From a virus (lineage: Duplodnaviria; Caudoviricetes), in the IMG/VR virus record IMGVR_UViG_3300034101_006325, positions 128,001 to 192,000 of that record: DNA of 64,000 nt; one strand, 5' to 3'. Position 1 is the first letter of the stretch. Each line of letters begins with the position of its first letter. The position numbers and the translations under genes were made by a program. Positions 28,208-38,363 of this stretch are shown in pieces. The notes below the pieces were generated by a model, which saw only the letters and a program-made list of their open reading frames with translations, did not search any database and was not told where the DNA came from.

Positions 28208-28822
28208 ATGACAAATCAATGGCAAAATTATTTAAACAGTAATTGCAAAATTATTGCAACAATATCGACAAAAAATAATGCAAATTCAATTTATGAATGC
28301 ATAAAAAAAACACTGCCGCATTTTGAGGCAGTGTTTGTTATAGACAATGGATCTTCTGACGATACTCAAAAAGAAATTTACAAATTTATAAGAAGAGAAA
28401 GAAGTAAAAATTTATTTATTTTTGATTATTCTCATAATAAACATTGGCAAACACTACCAGAAAGTGAAATACTTGACTTGTCAAGAATGAAAGCAAATGA
28501 GTTTATTGCTACATCTATGATTAATGTACCTCACTTGTGGGCATCTTTAAGACCTAACATTATGCTTGGCCCAAATACAAGAGAATTAATTTTAGAAAAT
28601 TGTTTTAATTGGACAAAGCCCGAATTAAATCATAATTTTTATAGAACATCAAATGGCAATTGGTCAGTGTCAATTACTTTTAAACAAGGAAAGCTGATGG
28701 TGGGACCAGATTCTGCCAATCCGGCTGAACCTTGCTTTTATTTAAAAAATGAAGAAAATATATTGAAAACAAAATTTGATGAAAGTCAACATTCGTCTAT
28801 TATAATTGGAGAAGAAGTATGA
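28208..28822 (+). CDS. GT2-like protein (divergent)
   Basis: VFVIDNGSSDDT motif, but no clear DxD. Confidence 0.55.
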   Translation: MTNQWQNYLNSNCKIIATISTKNNANSIYECIKKTLPHFEAVFVIDNGSSDDTQKEIYKFIRRERSKNLFIFDYSHNKHWQTLPESEILDLSRMKANEFIATSMINVPHLWASLRPNIMLGPNTRELILENCFNWTKPELNHNFYRTSNGNWSVSITFKQGKLMVGPDSANPAEPCFYLKNEENILKTKFDESQHSSIIIGEEV

Positions 28823-29724
28823 GAATAATGGTAACTGGGGGCAGAGGTTTTATTGGCAGCCATTTTGTGGAATTAGCTCTTCAAAATAATCATACAATTA
28901 TTGATGTTGATTTAATGACATATTGTTCAAATAGTTCTCTTCCGTGGGATAATCATGAAAATTACAAACATCTTAAACAAGACATTGTTGATATTAAGCA
29001 TCTTCCCTTTTGTGATGTAGTTGTAAACTTTGCTGCAGAAACTCATGTTGATAATTCAATTACTTACTCTCTAGACTTTGCAAGAACTAATTTTAATGGA
29101 GTTCATAATCTTCTTAACCTCATTAGAGGAAAAGTTTATGAAAGGCCATATTTCGTCCAAATTAGCACGGATGAAGTTTATGGCGACATAAAAGAAGGAG
29201 AATTTAATGAGTCAAGTCCTTTAAAACCCTCCAATCCATATAGCGCAACCAAAGCAGCTGCGGAACATTTAGTGACCAGTTACTCAAGAACATATGGCAT
29301 CGATTATCTCATTACAAGAAGTTCAAACAATTACGGACCTCGCCAGTATGAAGAAAAGCTGATATCTAAAACAATTAGCTGTTTAAAAGAAAATAGAAAA
29401 ATTCCTCTTCATGGAGATGGGTCTTACCTTAGAGACTGGATTTATGTTAAGGATAATGCAAAAGCTATTCTTGAATTAGTTGAATCAAATATAAAAAATG
29501 AAACTTTTAATATTTCTGGCGATCTTCACCTGAGTAACAAAGAAGTCGTAATGCAAGTATGCAATTGGCTTGGTATTTCTAACTGGGAAGATCGTGTTGT
29601 TTACACTGAGAATAGGCTCGGGCAAGATTTAAGATATTCAATAACAAGTAATAAATTAAAAGAATTTGGAATTAGAATTCCTAAAAAAGAAAAATTGCAC
29701 AATTTTTTAGAGGATATTAAGTGA
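28819..29724 (+). CDS. rmlB: dTDP-glucose 4,6-dehydratase
   Basis: VTGGRGFIG, NFAAETHVDNS, STDEVYGD, YSATK, NNYGPRQ. Confidence 0.93.
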   Translation: MRIMVTGGRGFIGSHFVELALQNNHTIIDVDLMTYCSNSSLPWDNHENYKHLKQDIVDIKHLPFCDVVVNFAAETHVDNSITYSLDFARTNFNGVHNLLNLIRGKVYERPYFVQISTDEVYGDIKEGEFNESSPLKPSNPYSATKAAAEHLVTSYSRTYGIDYLITRSSNNYGPRQYEEKLISKTISCLKENRKIPLHGDGSYLRDWIYVKDNAKAILELVESNIKNETFNISGDLHLSNKEVVMQVCNWLGISNWEDRVVYTENRLGQDLRYSITSNKLKEFGIRIPKKEKLHNFLEDIK

Positions 29725-30620
29725 GAAATTATTGCACTTTAGGAGATCACAGATACCTTCCACAGTTAATATGTCTGATCGATTCAATTATTGAAAATTT
29801 TAATCATGAATATAAAATTCATGTATTGTGTCTTGATGATAAAGTTTTTAATTGCTTAGATAAGAAATACAAAAATATAAATCTGTATCCAATCAATAAG
29901 ATTGAAGAAGATTTTAGCATTAAGGCTTTGAGATATCTTCCCGCAGGCCAAGAAGCAATTTCAAATGCTATGTCTTCCAATAAAGACCCGCAATTTGTTC
30001 AATTTTGCTGGGCTTTAGCTCCATGCTTTACCGATTGGGTTATGCAACGAATAAAACAGTCTTGCACGTATGTCGATGCAGATCTTTTTTTCTTCAATGA
30101 CACAAGTCAATTTTTTAATGAATTAGGAAAAAAATCAATAGGATTGGTTAGACATAGAATCGATTACATCTATACTAGTGGAGAATTTAATGTAGGAATT
30201 GTGCATTTTGAGCATGATGGTCCCGGCAGATCTGCACTAAAATTTTGGTGTGATGCAATGAAAAATCCTAGAAATCAATACTCTCTAGGCTATGGAACTT
30301 GCGGTGATCAAAAATATCTCGAAGCAATTAATTCCATTTATAGAGATGATGTTTCTATTGTTGATAAAAATTTTGGTCATCTCGCACCTTGGAATATAAC
30401 ATTTCATAAGTACGAAAATGATAAAATTATATGGAACAACACGCAGCAGGACTTGGTGTACTTCCATTTTGCTCACTTTGTAGTTGAAGAAAATGGTTAC
30501 AGAGGATCATATAAAAATGAATGGATATGGGGTGATCCTGTTAATCATGATTCTTATGTTAAAAAACTTTATGATCTTTATTATAAAAAAATGATTGAAT
30601 CCATCAAGGAGACTTTATGA
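29721..30620 (+). CDS. Glycosyltransferase, GT-A fold (nucleotide-diphospho-sugar transferase-like)
   Basis: YVDADLFFF (DxD), FNVG, GDQKYLE, LAPWN. Confidence 0.75.
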   Translation: MRNYCTLGDHRYLPQLICLIDSIIENFNHEYKIHVLCLDDKVFNCLDKKYKNINLYPINKIEEDFSIKALRYLPAGQEAISNAMSSNKDPQFVQFCWALAPCFTDWVMQRIKQSCTYVDADLFFFNDTSQFFNELGKKSIGLVRHRIDYIYTSGEFNVGIVHFEHDGPGRSALKFWCDAMKNPRNQYSLGYGTCGDQKYLEAINSIYRDDVSIVDKNFGHLAPWNITFHKYENDKIIWNNTQQDLVYFHFAHFVVEENGYRGSYKNEWIWGDPVNHDSYVKKLYDLYYKKMIESIKETL

Positions 30621-31498
30621 AAATTTCTGCAGCAATGATTGTTTTAAACGGTGACCATGTGTTGCAACAATCTTTAGCAAGTATTTATAATTTTGTTGAT
30701 GAGATTGTAATTGCAGAAGGTCCTGTTAAATTTTGGCAGTCTAAAGGGATCACAAAATCTACAGACAACACATTGGAAATAATAAAAAGCTTTCATGACC
30801 CTTCCAGAAAAATCAAATTAATTTCTTCTCAATATGAAGAAAAGAACGAGCAATTCACGGCAGCATTAAATTTATTGTCAAGTAATCCAAATTATCTTCT
30901 ACAAGTCGATGCAGATGAGGTATGGACCGAAGAATCTTTAAAAAATCTTAAAAATTTATTACAAGATAGGCAACCAGTATCTGTAGGCATCCATTCAAAT
31001 ACTTTTGTTGGAGGATTTGACAGAGTCATCTCAGGCTTTGAAGAAAATACAGATAATTTTTTAAGAGTTTTTAAATGGGAAGATGAATGCAAATTTATAA
31101 CACATCGACCGCCAACTATTAGATACAAAGATGGCAATCAAACAAGAGGTAAAAATCACATAGATTCAGACGAAGCAAGAGATTATTACAATATCTCAAT
31201 GTGTCATTATTCTTATGTGTGGCCTTCTCAAGTCAAATCAAAAATAGAATATTACAAAGCTAAAGTCTCTATGCAAAATTGCATACCTGATTTTTATGAA
31301 AATTACTGGCTCCCGTGGACTAAATCAACAACAATTGAAGAAAAATGGGAAATTGAAAAAAGAATAATGGGAATGCATGAATTTAGACCTGAAGTTAGAG
31401 GACCAGCATTTACTAAAGAATTTAAAGGTACGCATCCAATACAAATTACCAACAATAAATTAAATTTATTAAATAGAATTAAGAAAGAAATAGAATAA
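30617..31498 (+). CDS. Glycosyltransferase family 2
   Basis: MKISAAMIVLN, VDEIVIAEG, LQVDADE (DxD). Confidence 0.8.
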   Translation: MKISAAMIVLNGDHVLQQSLASIYNFVDEIVIAEGPVKFWQSKGITKSTDNTLEIIKSFHDPSRKIKLISSQYEEKNEQFTAALNLLSSNPNYLLQVDADEVWTEESLKNLKNLLQDRQPVSVGIHSNTFVGGFDRVISGFEENTDNFLRVFKWEDECKFITHRPPTIRYKDGNQTRGKNHIDSDEARDYYNISMCHYSYVWPSQVKSKIEYYKAKVSMQNCIPDFYENYWLPWTKSTTIEEKWEIEKRIMGMHEFRPEVRGPAFTKEFKGTHPIQITNNKLNLLNRIKKEIE

Positions 31499-32239
31499 AT
31501 GGTTGCTTCATCTTATGCTATAGGAACAAATCCGTGGAATAGAGATGATATGATAAGTCATCTTAAAGAATTTTTAAATATTTATAAAAACAAACCAATA
31601 GATGACAACAGTGGGGGACAAAAAGCTGCTCAACTTTTTTATTCATGGTATGTTGTAAAAAAAATTAAACCAAAAATTATTATTGAAAGCGGAGTATTTA
31701 AGGGACAAGGAACATGGGCATTTGAACAAGCTTCACCCGAATCTGAACTAATATGTTTAGATCCGTATTTGGAAAAATGGGGCGGTTATAGATCAAAAAA
31801 ACCGCAATATCTTCAAAAAGATTTTAAAGAAATTAATTGGGACCACATTGAAGATAAATCTAATGTTTTGTGTTTTTTTGATGATCATCAAAATGCATTT
31901 AATAGAATAGTTCAAATGAAACTTTTTGGTTTTAAAGTTGCAATGTTTGAAGATAACTACCCAGAAGGGCATGGAGACTGTTTATCTTTAAAGAAAATAT
32001 TTGAAAATTCAGAGGCCTATCAAATATTGCCAGAATTAACATGCAAAGATTATCTTGAAAAAGTTGTAAAATGCTATCATGAACTTCCGCCTATTTGTTC
32101 TCTAGCAAAAACAAGATGGAATACTGAATGGAACGATTATCGTTCTAACAAACCCTTGCTTGAAGAATTAAATGATGAATTAGTTATTTTTCAAGATGAA
32201 ATGGATCAGTATACTTGGATAAATTATGTTGAGTTATAA
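31499..32239 (+). CDS. Class I SAM-dependent methyltransferase-like protein
   Basis: IIESGVFKGQGT, ICLDP, FFDDHQ. Confidence 0.62.
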   Translation: MVASSYAIGTNPWNRDDMISHLKEFLNIYKNKPIDDNSGGQKAAQLFYSWYVVKKIKPKIIIESGVFKGQGTWAFEQASPESELICLDPYLEKWGGYRSKKPQYLQKDFKEINWDHIEDKSNVLCFFDDHQNAFNRIVQMKLFGFKVAMFEDNYPEGHGDCLSLKKIFENSEAYQILPELTCKDYLEKVVKCYHELPPICSLAKTRWNTEWNDYRSNKPLLEELNDELVIFQDEMDQYTWINYVEL

Positions 32240-32256
32240 TGTAAAGAGTTATTGCT

Positions 32257-32859
32257 ATGAGTTGGCAAGAGTCTGATAAAATTGTAGATCAAATGATCAG
32301 AGGATCCAATGGATCTCTGTGGGGATTTAAATTAGAACAATCAAGTCATTTTCCTATTCTAGAAAAATTATTAAAAATCTCAGGACAAAAAGATCTACTT
32401 GTTGACATTGGATGTGGAGCAGGAGATGTTTCACGTTCTTGGAATGGAGATTATCTTGGAGTTGATTTAGACTGGGTTATAAAAAGAGTATCAAGAATTT
32501 GCAATCCTAGTAAAACTTTTTTAAGTCTAGACATTACGTCTAAAGATACTTTTTATGATATTCCTAAATCTAATTGTTTGCTAATGAATGCATTTCTTGA
32601 CGTTCAAGAAAATCCTTTAGAAGTTCTTGAAAAATTTTGTAGACAAGTTGATACAAACTGGATAATTGTTCATAGGCAAAGAATAAGGAATATTGAAAAA
32701 ACAAAAATTGAATATGTTCCTGGCTACGGCGGTTCTTTAATACCTTCTTCTGTTATTTCTTTTAAAGAAATAAATGATATTAAACAAAAATATTCTAAAG
32801 AATTTTTAATTGGATTGTGGGAAAATGATTGGTATTCATTTGCAATGAGAATCAAATAA
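32257..32859 (+). CDS. Class I SAM-dependent methyltransferase
   Basis: LVDIGCGAG, YLGVD. Confidence 0.78.
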   Translation: MSWQESDKIVDQMIRGSNGSLWGFKLEQSSHFPILEKLLKISGQKDLLVDIGCGAGDVSRSWNGDYLGVDLDWVIKRVSRICNPSKTFLSLDITSKDTFYDIPKSNCLLMNAFLDVQENPLEVLEKFCRQVDTNWIIVHRQRIRNIEKTKIEYVPGYGGSLIPSSVISFKEINDIKQKYSKEFLIGLWENDWYSFAMRIK

Positions 32860-33920
32860 TGAAATTTGTAGATCTACAATTTGAAAATAAAAATGCAAAA
32901 CTATCATCAAAAAATAGTTTTAAACTTATTGAAAAAACTGGAAAGTATCTTCTTGGAGAATATTTAGAAAATTTTGAAAATCAATTTGCTAAGGATCAAG
33001 ATAAAAAATATTGCATAGGCGTAAAAAATGCGACGGATGCGCTTGCAATATCATTTAAAGCTCTTGGATCAGAAAATAGAACCGTTATTATTCCTCAATT
33101 TGGTGCATATCCTACTGTGATGGCAGCGATTCAAGCTAATTCAAAAAATATAATAGCTGCTCCCGTAGATGAAACTTTATGTCTTAATCTCGAGGATGTT
33201 AAAATACCAGATAATAGCATAATCGTTCCTGTCAATCTATTTGGAAATGAATCAAATTTAACTTACTTAAGAAAAAGAGCAGATGAAACAAATAGTCATA
33301 TTGTAGAAGACTGTGCTCAATCAACAGGAATTCCTAATAATAATCTAAGTGATGTCTCTATTCATAGTTTTTATCCTACTAAACCGCTTGGTTGTCAAGG
33401 AGATGGCGGGGCAATTCTCACGAATGATGAAAGAATTGCTAAATTCTGTAAACAAGCAAGATTTTATGGTCTTAATGATGGAATAATTGATTCCTGGGGT
33501 TTTAATAGTAGAATGGACGAGTGGCAATCCTGCTTTTTAACATCAAAACTATCATACTATAGAAATTTAAATGACACTAGAAAAGAAAATGCAAATTTAT
33601 ACAATCAAATTCTAAATAAGAGCATTAGATACACAGAAAATTGCGTTTATCATCAGTATGTAAGTCTTTGGAAGGATAGAAAGTATATTCAAAAAAAATT
33701 ATCAGAAAAAGGCATTCCTACGATGATTCATTACCCTAAAATGTTAATTGATATGCCATACCTTCGGGACAAAGTTAAATTTGTCAATGAGTGTCCAAGA
33801 GTTTCTGATTATATTCTGTCAATTCCAGTGGGGCCACATCTTACAAATCAAAATATTAAAAAAATAAAAAAAGAAATCAATAGCTTAAAGAGTAATTTAA
33901 TTGATTTTAAAGAAATTTAA
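32859..33920 (+). CDS. DegT/DnrJ/EryC1/StrS PLP-dependent sugar aminotransferase
   Basis: VEDCAQS, SFYPTKPLG (PLP Lys), GFNSRMDE. ATG at 32859 (TAATG overlap). Confidence 0.92.
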   Translation: MKFVDLQFENKNAKLSSKNSFKLIEKTGKYLLGEYLENFENQFAKDQDKKYCIGVKNATDALAISFKALGSENRTVIIPQFGAYPTVMAAIQANSKNIIAAPVDETLCLNLEDVKIPDNSIIVPVNLFGNESNLTYLRKRADETNSHIVEDCAQSTGIPNNNLSDVSIHSFYPTKPLGCQGDGGAILTNDERIAKFCKQARFYGLNDGIIDSWGFNSRMDEWQSCFLTSKLSYYRNLNDTRKENANLYNQILNKSIRYTENCVYHQYVSLWKDRKYIQKKLSEKGIPTMIHYPKMLIDMPYLRDKVKFVNECPRVSDYILSIPVGPHLTNQNIKKIKKEINSLKSNLIDFKEI

Positions 33921-33959
33921 AATTTCTTTTTGACACTACGCTAAAAAGACTATCATAAA

Positions 33960-34925
33960 ATGAAAAAAGCATTTATCACAGGAATTACAGGACAAGACGG
34001 ATCATACTTGACAGAATTACTCCTTCAAAAAGGATATTCTGTAATTGGAATAAAAAGAAGAACTTCTGTATTAAATACTTCCAATATAGATCATCTATAT
34101 GAAAATCCTAATCTTAAACTTTTTTATGGAAACATGAATGATGTTGGATCAATGTACCGATTGCTTTCAGAACATCAGCCCGATGAAGTTTACAATTTAG
34201 CAGCTCAATCACATGTAAGAACATCGTTCGATGTGCCAGAAGAAACAGTTGATGCAGTTGCAATGGGAACAATGAGATTATTAGAAGCTTGTAGGAATAT
34301 TGTTCCAAAAGTCAAGTTTTATCAAGCTTCTTCTTCTGAAATGTTTGGAGATAATACTGAAGAATTAAAAAATGAAGACACGAGAATGTCTCCCGCATCA
34401 CCTTACGCTGCCGCAAAACTTTTTTCACATAATTTAGTTAGAAATTACAGATTAGGTTATGGAATGCACGCATCGTCAGGAATTCTTTTTAATCATGAAT
34501 CACCACGGAGAGGTGAAACTTTTGTTACAAGAAAAATTACGAGAGCTGTTGCTAGAATAAAGCTTGGAAAACAAAATATTTTAAAACTTGGAAACATGGA
34601 TTCATATAGAGACTGGGGATTCGCTGGAGATTATGTCGAAGCTATGTGGCTTATGTTACAACAAGATACTCCTGATGATTATGTTATTGCTACGGGTGAA
34701 ACACGTACAGTCAGAGAATTTGTTGAAAAAACATTTGAATTGGCAGGTTTAGATTATAAAAAATATATTCAGATTGATCCTAGACTTTATCGACCCCACG
34801 AAGTACCTCATCTTCTAGGCGATGCTTCAAAAGCTAAAAAAATATTAGGATGGAAACCAAAACATACTTTTGATGATTTGATAAAATTAATGTATGAGTC
34901 AGATCTAAAAAATGAACTTATTTAA
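33960..34925 (+). CDS. gmd: GDP-mannose 4,6-dehydratase
   Basis: FITGITGQDGSYL, NLAAQSHV, QASSSE, YAAAK, FNHESPRRGETFVTRKI. Confidence 0.96.
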   Translation: MKKAFITGITGQDGSYLTELLLQKGYSVIGIKRRTSVLNTSNIDHLYENPNLKLFYGNMNDVGSMYRLLSEHQPDEVYNLAAQSHVRTSFDVPEETVDAVAMGTMRLLEACRNIVPKVKFYQASSSEMFGDNTEELKNEDTRMSPASPYAAAKLFSHNLVRNYRLGYGMHASSGILFNHESPRRGETFVTRKITRAVARIKLGKQNILKLGNMDSYRDWGFAGDYVEAMWLMLQQDTPDDYVIATGETRTVREFVEKTFELAGLDYKKYIQIDPRLYRPHEVPHLLGDASKAKKILGWKPKHTFDDLIKLMYESDLKNELI

Positions 34926-34950
34926 TGAATAAATTTAAATACAGTAAACT

Positions 34951-35322
34951 ATGTTAAATTTTGATGATTATACACGTGCAATCGACGATAGAGGGAAATT
35001 ATTTGCATTTAATAAATTGCAACAGTTTGATATAAAAAGAGTCTATTTAATAGAACCAGAAAAAAATATCTGGCGCGGAAAACACTTTCATAAAGAATGC
35101 ACACAAATAGTTCTAGTATTCAATGGAGAATTATTTTGCAAAGTCATTAATGAAAATACAAAAGAAGTGAATGAATTTGTGATGCCCGCAGGGACATCTT
35201 TTTGTCAGACTCCTGGTCTAGCTTTTTGTTTTAAAGCAAACTTAGAAGATACCAAAATCTTAGTTCTCTCTAATAGAGAATTTGATAAAAATGATTACTA
35301 TGAGGTATCACTAGGTGTCTAG
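34951..35322 (+). CDS. WxcM/FdtA-type cupin (sugar 3,4-ketoisomerase-like)
   Basis: DDRGKL, FDIKRVY, RGKHFHK, ILVLSN.EFD..DY. Confidence 0.8.
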   Translation: MLNFDDYTRAIDDRGKLFAFNKLQQFDIKRVYLIEPEKNIWRGKHFHKECTQIVLVFNGELFCKVINENTKEVNEFVMPAGTSFCQTPGLAFCFKANLEDTKILVLSNREFDKNDYYEVSLGV

Positions 35323-35953
35323 CATCATAACAAACTCTTGGAATTCTTTTTCAGAAGAATATTCTAAAAATTATTTGAATGATGCTGATTCAGTACTTCC
35401 CAAGACTCTTTCAAATTTTATATTTAAAGAATTTAATACACCTAATTTAATCGATATAGGTTGCGGGAACGCTAGATTCTACAATTATTTGCTAAATGAA
35501 AAAAGAGATTTTAGCTATGAAGGTTTTGATATATCAGCCCCACTCATAAATGCAGCTAAAATTAAATATGAAAAAAATAAAAATTTTTATTGCAAACTAG
35601 TTGATTCTAGTCTGTCTGATCTAAGACAAATAAATAAAAAATTTGATATAGCTGTATGCACACATCTTGTAGAACTTTGTGAATCGCCAGAAAATCTTTT
35701 TTATACAATGACAAATTTGTCAGATACAGTCGCTGTAATATGGTATGAGTATCCAAGATTTGAATATACGCAGTTAGAAATTAGAAACTACGTAAGTCAT
35801 GACATGCAAGAAAAAAAGATAATTACTCCTTATCTTAGAAATAGATATTCAAAATATTATTTGAAATTTTTAATGGATCGTTTCAGCCTTAAATCAATTC
35901 ATAAAATTTCCATATCTGAAAAAGATGTTTTAGAAATTTATAAAAAAATATGA
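35315..35953 (+). CDS. Class I SAM-dependent methyltransferase
   Basis: LIDIGCGNA, YEGFDIS. Confidence 0.8.
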   Translation: MSSIITNSWNSFSEEYSKNYLNDADSVLPKTLSNFIFKEFNTPNLIDIGCGNARFYNYLLNEKRDFSYEGFDISAPLINAAKIKYEKNKNFYCKLVDSSLSDLRQINKKFDIAVCTHLVELCESPENLFYTMTNLSDTVAVIWYEYPRFEYTQLEIRNYVSHDMQEKKIITPYLRNRYSKYYLKFLMDRFSLKSIHKISISEKDVLEIYKKI

Positions 35954-36528
35954 GAAAAGAAACGTTACAGATTATAAAAAATCTGAATAAAAATTTTAAA
36001 GGTGAATATGTTTATGATATGGGTGGCGGCTACAATCCCGTAACTTCTGACATTGTTGGAAATAAAAAAATAAAAGTAGTCGACTATTTTTCAGGGCCAA
36101 AAGTAGACATTATTGACGATCTAACAAAATTAAATTCGATAGAATCGAACTCTGTTGATAATATTTTTTGCTCTGATGCACTAGAACATGTAATTGAACC
36201 CTGGAATGCAATCAAACAATTTCATAGAGTTTTAAAAAATGATGGCATATTGTTTGTTACTGTTCCTTTTATTTGGCATTTTCATGGTCATGAAATTCAA
36301 AAAGAAAATTGGAAAAGTAGGGTTGATTTTTGGCGATTTACACCACAAGCACTAGAGTCTTTGTGTTTTAAGTATTTTGAAAAAATTGATTGCAATTGGG
36401 ACTTGGAACCGCCTCTTGGTCCCCAAGAATTACCAATATGGCGTTGCGGCGTATATTACATGGGCAAAAAACTTTCAAGTATAAGAAAAGAAGATTATAC
36501 ACTAGAAATAACTAGAGACAATTGGTAA
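35950..36528 (+). CDS. Class I SAM-dependent methyltransferase (type 11-like)
   Basis: VYDMGGG, SDALEHV, RVLKNDGILFVTVP, DFWRFT. Confidence 0.8.
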   Translation: MRKETLQIIKNLNKNFKGEYVYDMGGGYNPVTSDIVGNKKIKVVDYFSGPKVDIIDDLTKLNSIESNSVDNIFCSDALEHVIEPWNAIKQFHRVLKNDGILFVTVPFIWHFHGHEIQKENWKSRVDFWRFTPQALESLCFKYFEKIDCNWDLEPPLGPQELPIWRCGVYYMGKKLSSIRKEDYTLEITRDNW

Positions 36529-36530
36529 AC

Positions 36531-37598
36531 ATGGCTTGTATTATTAAAATACCTGACGAAAACTCAAAAGGTGTCGTTACATTCACCACACAAGAAAGAG
36601 ACAAATTAATTTTTAATGATAAAGCAATTTTTGAAAAAATTGTTACTTTAAAAAAAGATTATATAGTTGGTCTTCATCACAATTGGCATGATTACAACTT
36701 TAGATATCATCCTTTGTTTGATTTTAGTATGGCTGGGGAGGGAGATCTTGGCAATTCGGAAGTTCCTCTTATAACTTTAGATGCATGCAATTTCATTCCA
36801 GAAGAATTTCATTCATCGACAGGAGAAAAATTTTGGGATGTAGTCTATGTTACACGTGCTGTCTATTTTAAAAGAGTCGATCTTTTCTTCAAGGCTATAA
36901 AGAAAATTTATGACACAGGTAAAAAAATAAAAGTATTACTTGTTTGTTGCATCCCTCCAGAAGATGCAACTCCTAAAAATGTTATTGAAGACTATCTTTC
37001 AACTTTTAACGAAGAAGAAAGAAAATATTTTACTTTTCTACCATTAACACATGATTATCCTTTTTGTCTAGATCCGGCATCAATAGGATTTTTTTATAGA
37101 TCCTCAAAGATATTTGCCCACTTTGCTAATGATGAAAGAAGATGCAGAGTAGTAGCAAATGCCGCTGCAACATGCATGCCAATAGTTTGTATGTCTGACC
37201 CTGCTTCAATTATTCCAGAACATTTAAAAAAGCCACCATACTGTTATATTGTTAAAAGTGATGATGATTTTTCAAATAAAATTATTCAATCACTTAATGA
37301 ATATGATGAAAATAAAAATTTATTTGAATTATCAAAACATTTTAGTGTAAAACATACAAAACAAGAACTTAAACAACAATTAGAAAAATTTTTAAAAATT
37401 TCAAAAGATAAAATGTTAGATTCTTCTTTTAATTTTTTTAATCTTGACATTAGACTTGGAAGACATCACAGCATCAGCTACGGACCAAATAAAGTCAATA
37501 TGTCTTTAGATGAATTTTCTAAAATATTGCTTGATAAACAAAATTTAAGTTTAATATGGGATTCTTCTTGTAAAGATTTTGAAAAGAAAATTTCATGA
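36531..37598 (+). CDS. Glycosyltransferase, GT-B fold
   Basis: YVTRAVYFKR, SSKIFAHFANDERRCRVVANAAATCMPIV. ATG at 36531. Confidence 0.65.
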   Translation: MACIIKIPDENSKGVVTFTTQERDKLIFNDKAIFEKIVTLKKDYIVGLHHNWHDYNFRYHPLFDFSMAGEGDLGNSEVPLITLDACNFIPEEFHSSTGEKFWDVVYVTRAVYFKRVDLFFKAIKKIYDTGKKIKVLLVCCIPPEDATPKNVIEDYLSTFNEEERKYFTFLPLTHDYPFCLDPASIGFFYRSSKIFAHFANDERRCRVVANAAATCMPIVCMSDPASIIPEHLKKPPYCYIVKSDDDFSNKIIQSLNEYDENKNLFELSKHFSVKHTKQELKQQLEKFLKISKDKMLDSSFNFFNLDIRLGRHHSISYGPNKVNMSLDEFSKILLDKQNLSLIWDSSCKDFEKKIS

Positions 37599-37666
37599 AT
37601 CAAAATCATTTTGATCCAAATTAAAATGGGACAATTGTTTGTTAATTCCTATAAGTAAGAAATTAT

Positions 37667-38362
37667 ATGCATAATATTCATTTAAATTCAATTAATGAAA
37701 AAGGTTATGCATTAATTCCTAATTTTTTAGGAAGCAATGAAGTCAAAAATTTAAAAAATAGCTTATTCAAAATATACAGCAACTATAGATTAGGTGATCA
37801 GATAGAAATACCCGGAATGTCTACGCCTAAGCAATATAGTACTGGAAAATCCATGAGAATTTATCCTCCTGCATATTGTAATTTTTCTGAAATTGAAAAT
37901 TTTAAGAAAGATTGGCTCACACAACTTACTGATGCTTTTTTTGAAGGAGCAAATAATAAAGGACTTCAAGTATTTTCTTCATATGAAACATTGTCTTACA
38001 GAGAAGTCAACGAATTACCTAGAAATTCTCACATGCACGTAGATCCATATCATTCTCTTAAATTTTTTAGTTATTTGACTGATACAACCAAAGAGAATGG
38101 CGCACTTCAATTAATTCCGGGTACAAGCTGGATTGGCAAAAAAATAAGAAAAGAAAACAGCATTAATGAACTATTGACCAGCGATTTATATACCTTTAAA
38201 AAAAGCAATTATTATAATTCTGATCTTGAAAAAGAAACTACTTTTATCGAAGGTAAAGCTGGCGATCTAATAATTCTAGATACAGATACTGTGCATTGTG
38301 GGGGTATTCTTGTAAAGCCAGGGCTAGAAAGACTTACAATAATCTATCACAATAGGAAATAG
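37667..38362 (+). CDS. PhyH-type 2OG-Fe(II) dioxygenase
   Basis: HVD, NGALQLIPGT, GKAGDLII...VHCGG...R (HxD...H...R). Confidence 0.82.
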   Translation: MHNIHLNSINEKGYALIPNFLGSNEVKNLKNSLFKIYSNYRLGDQIEIPGMSTPKQYSTGKSMRIYPPAYCNFSEIENFKKDWLTQLTDAFFEGANNKGLQVFSSYETLSYREVNELPRNSHMHVDPYHSLKFFSYLTDTTKENGALQLIPGTSWIGKKIRKENSINELLTSDLYTFKKSNYYNSDLEKETTFIEGKAGDLIILDTDTVHCGGILVKPGLERLTIIYHNRK

Positions 38363-38363
38363 T

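Noticed and set aside
33930-33956. sigma70 promoter before gmd (TTGACA...TATCAT)
   Set aside because: The spacer is only 15 nt and the -10 box lies 3 nt from the ATG; too non-canonical to list.
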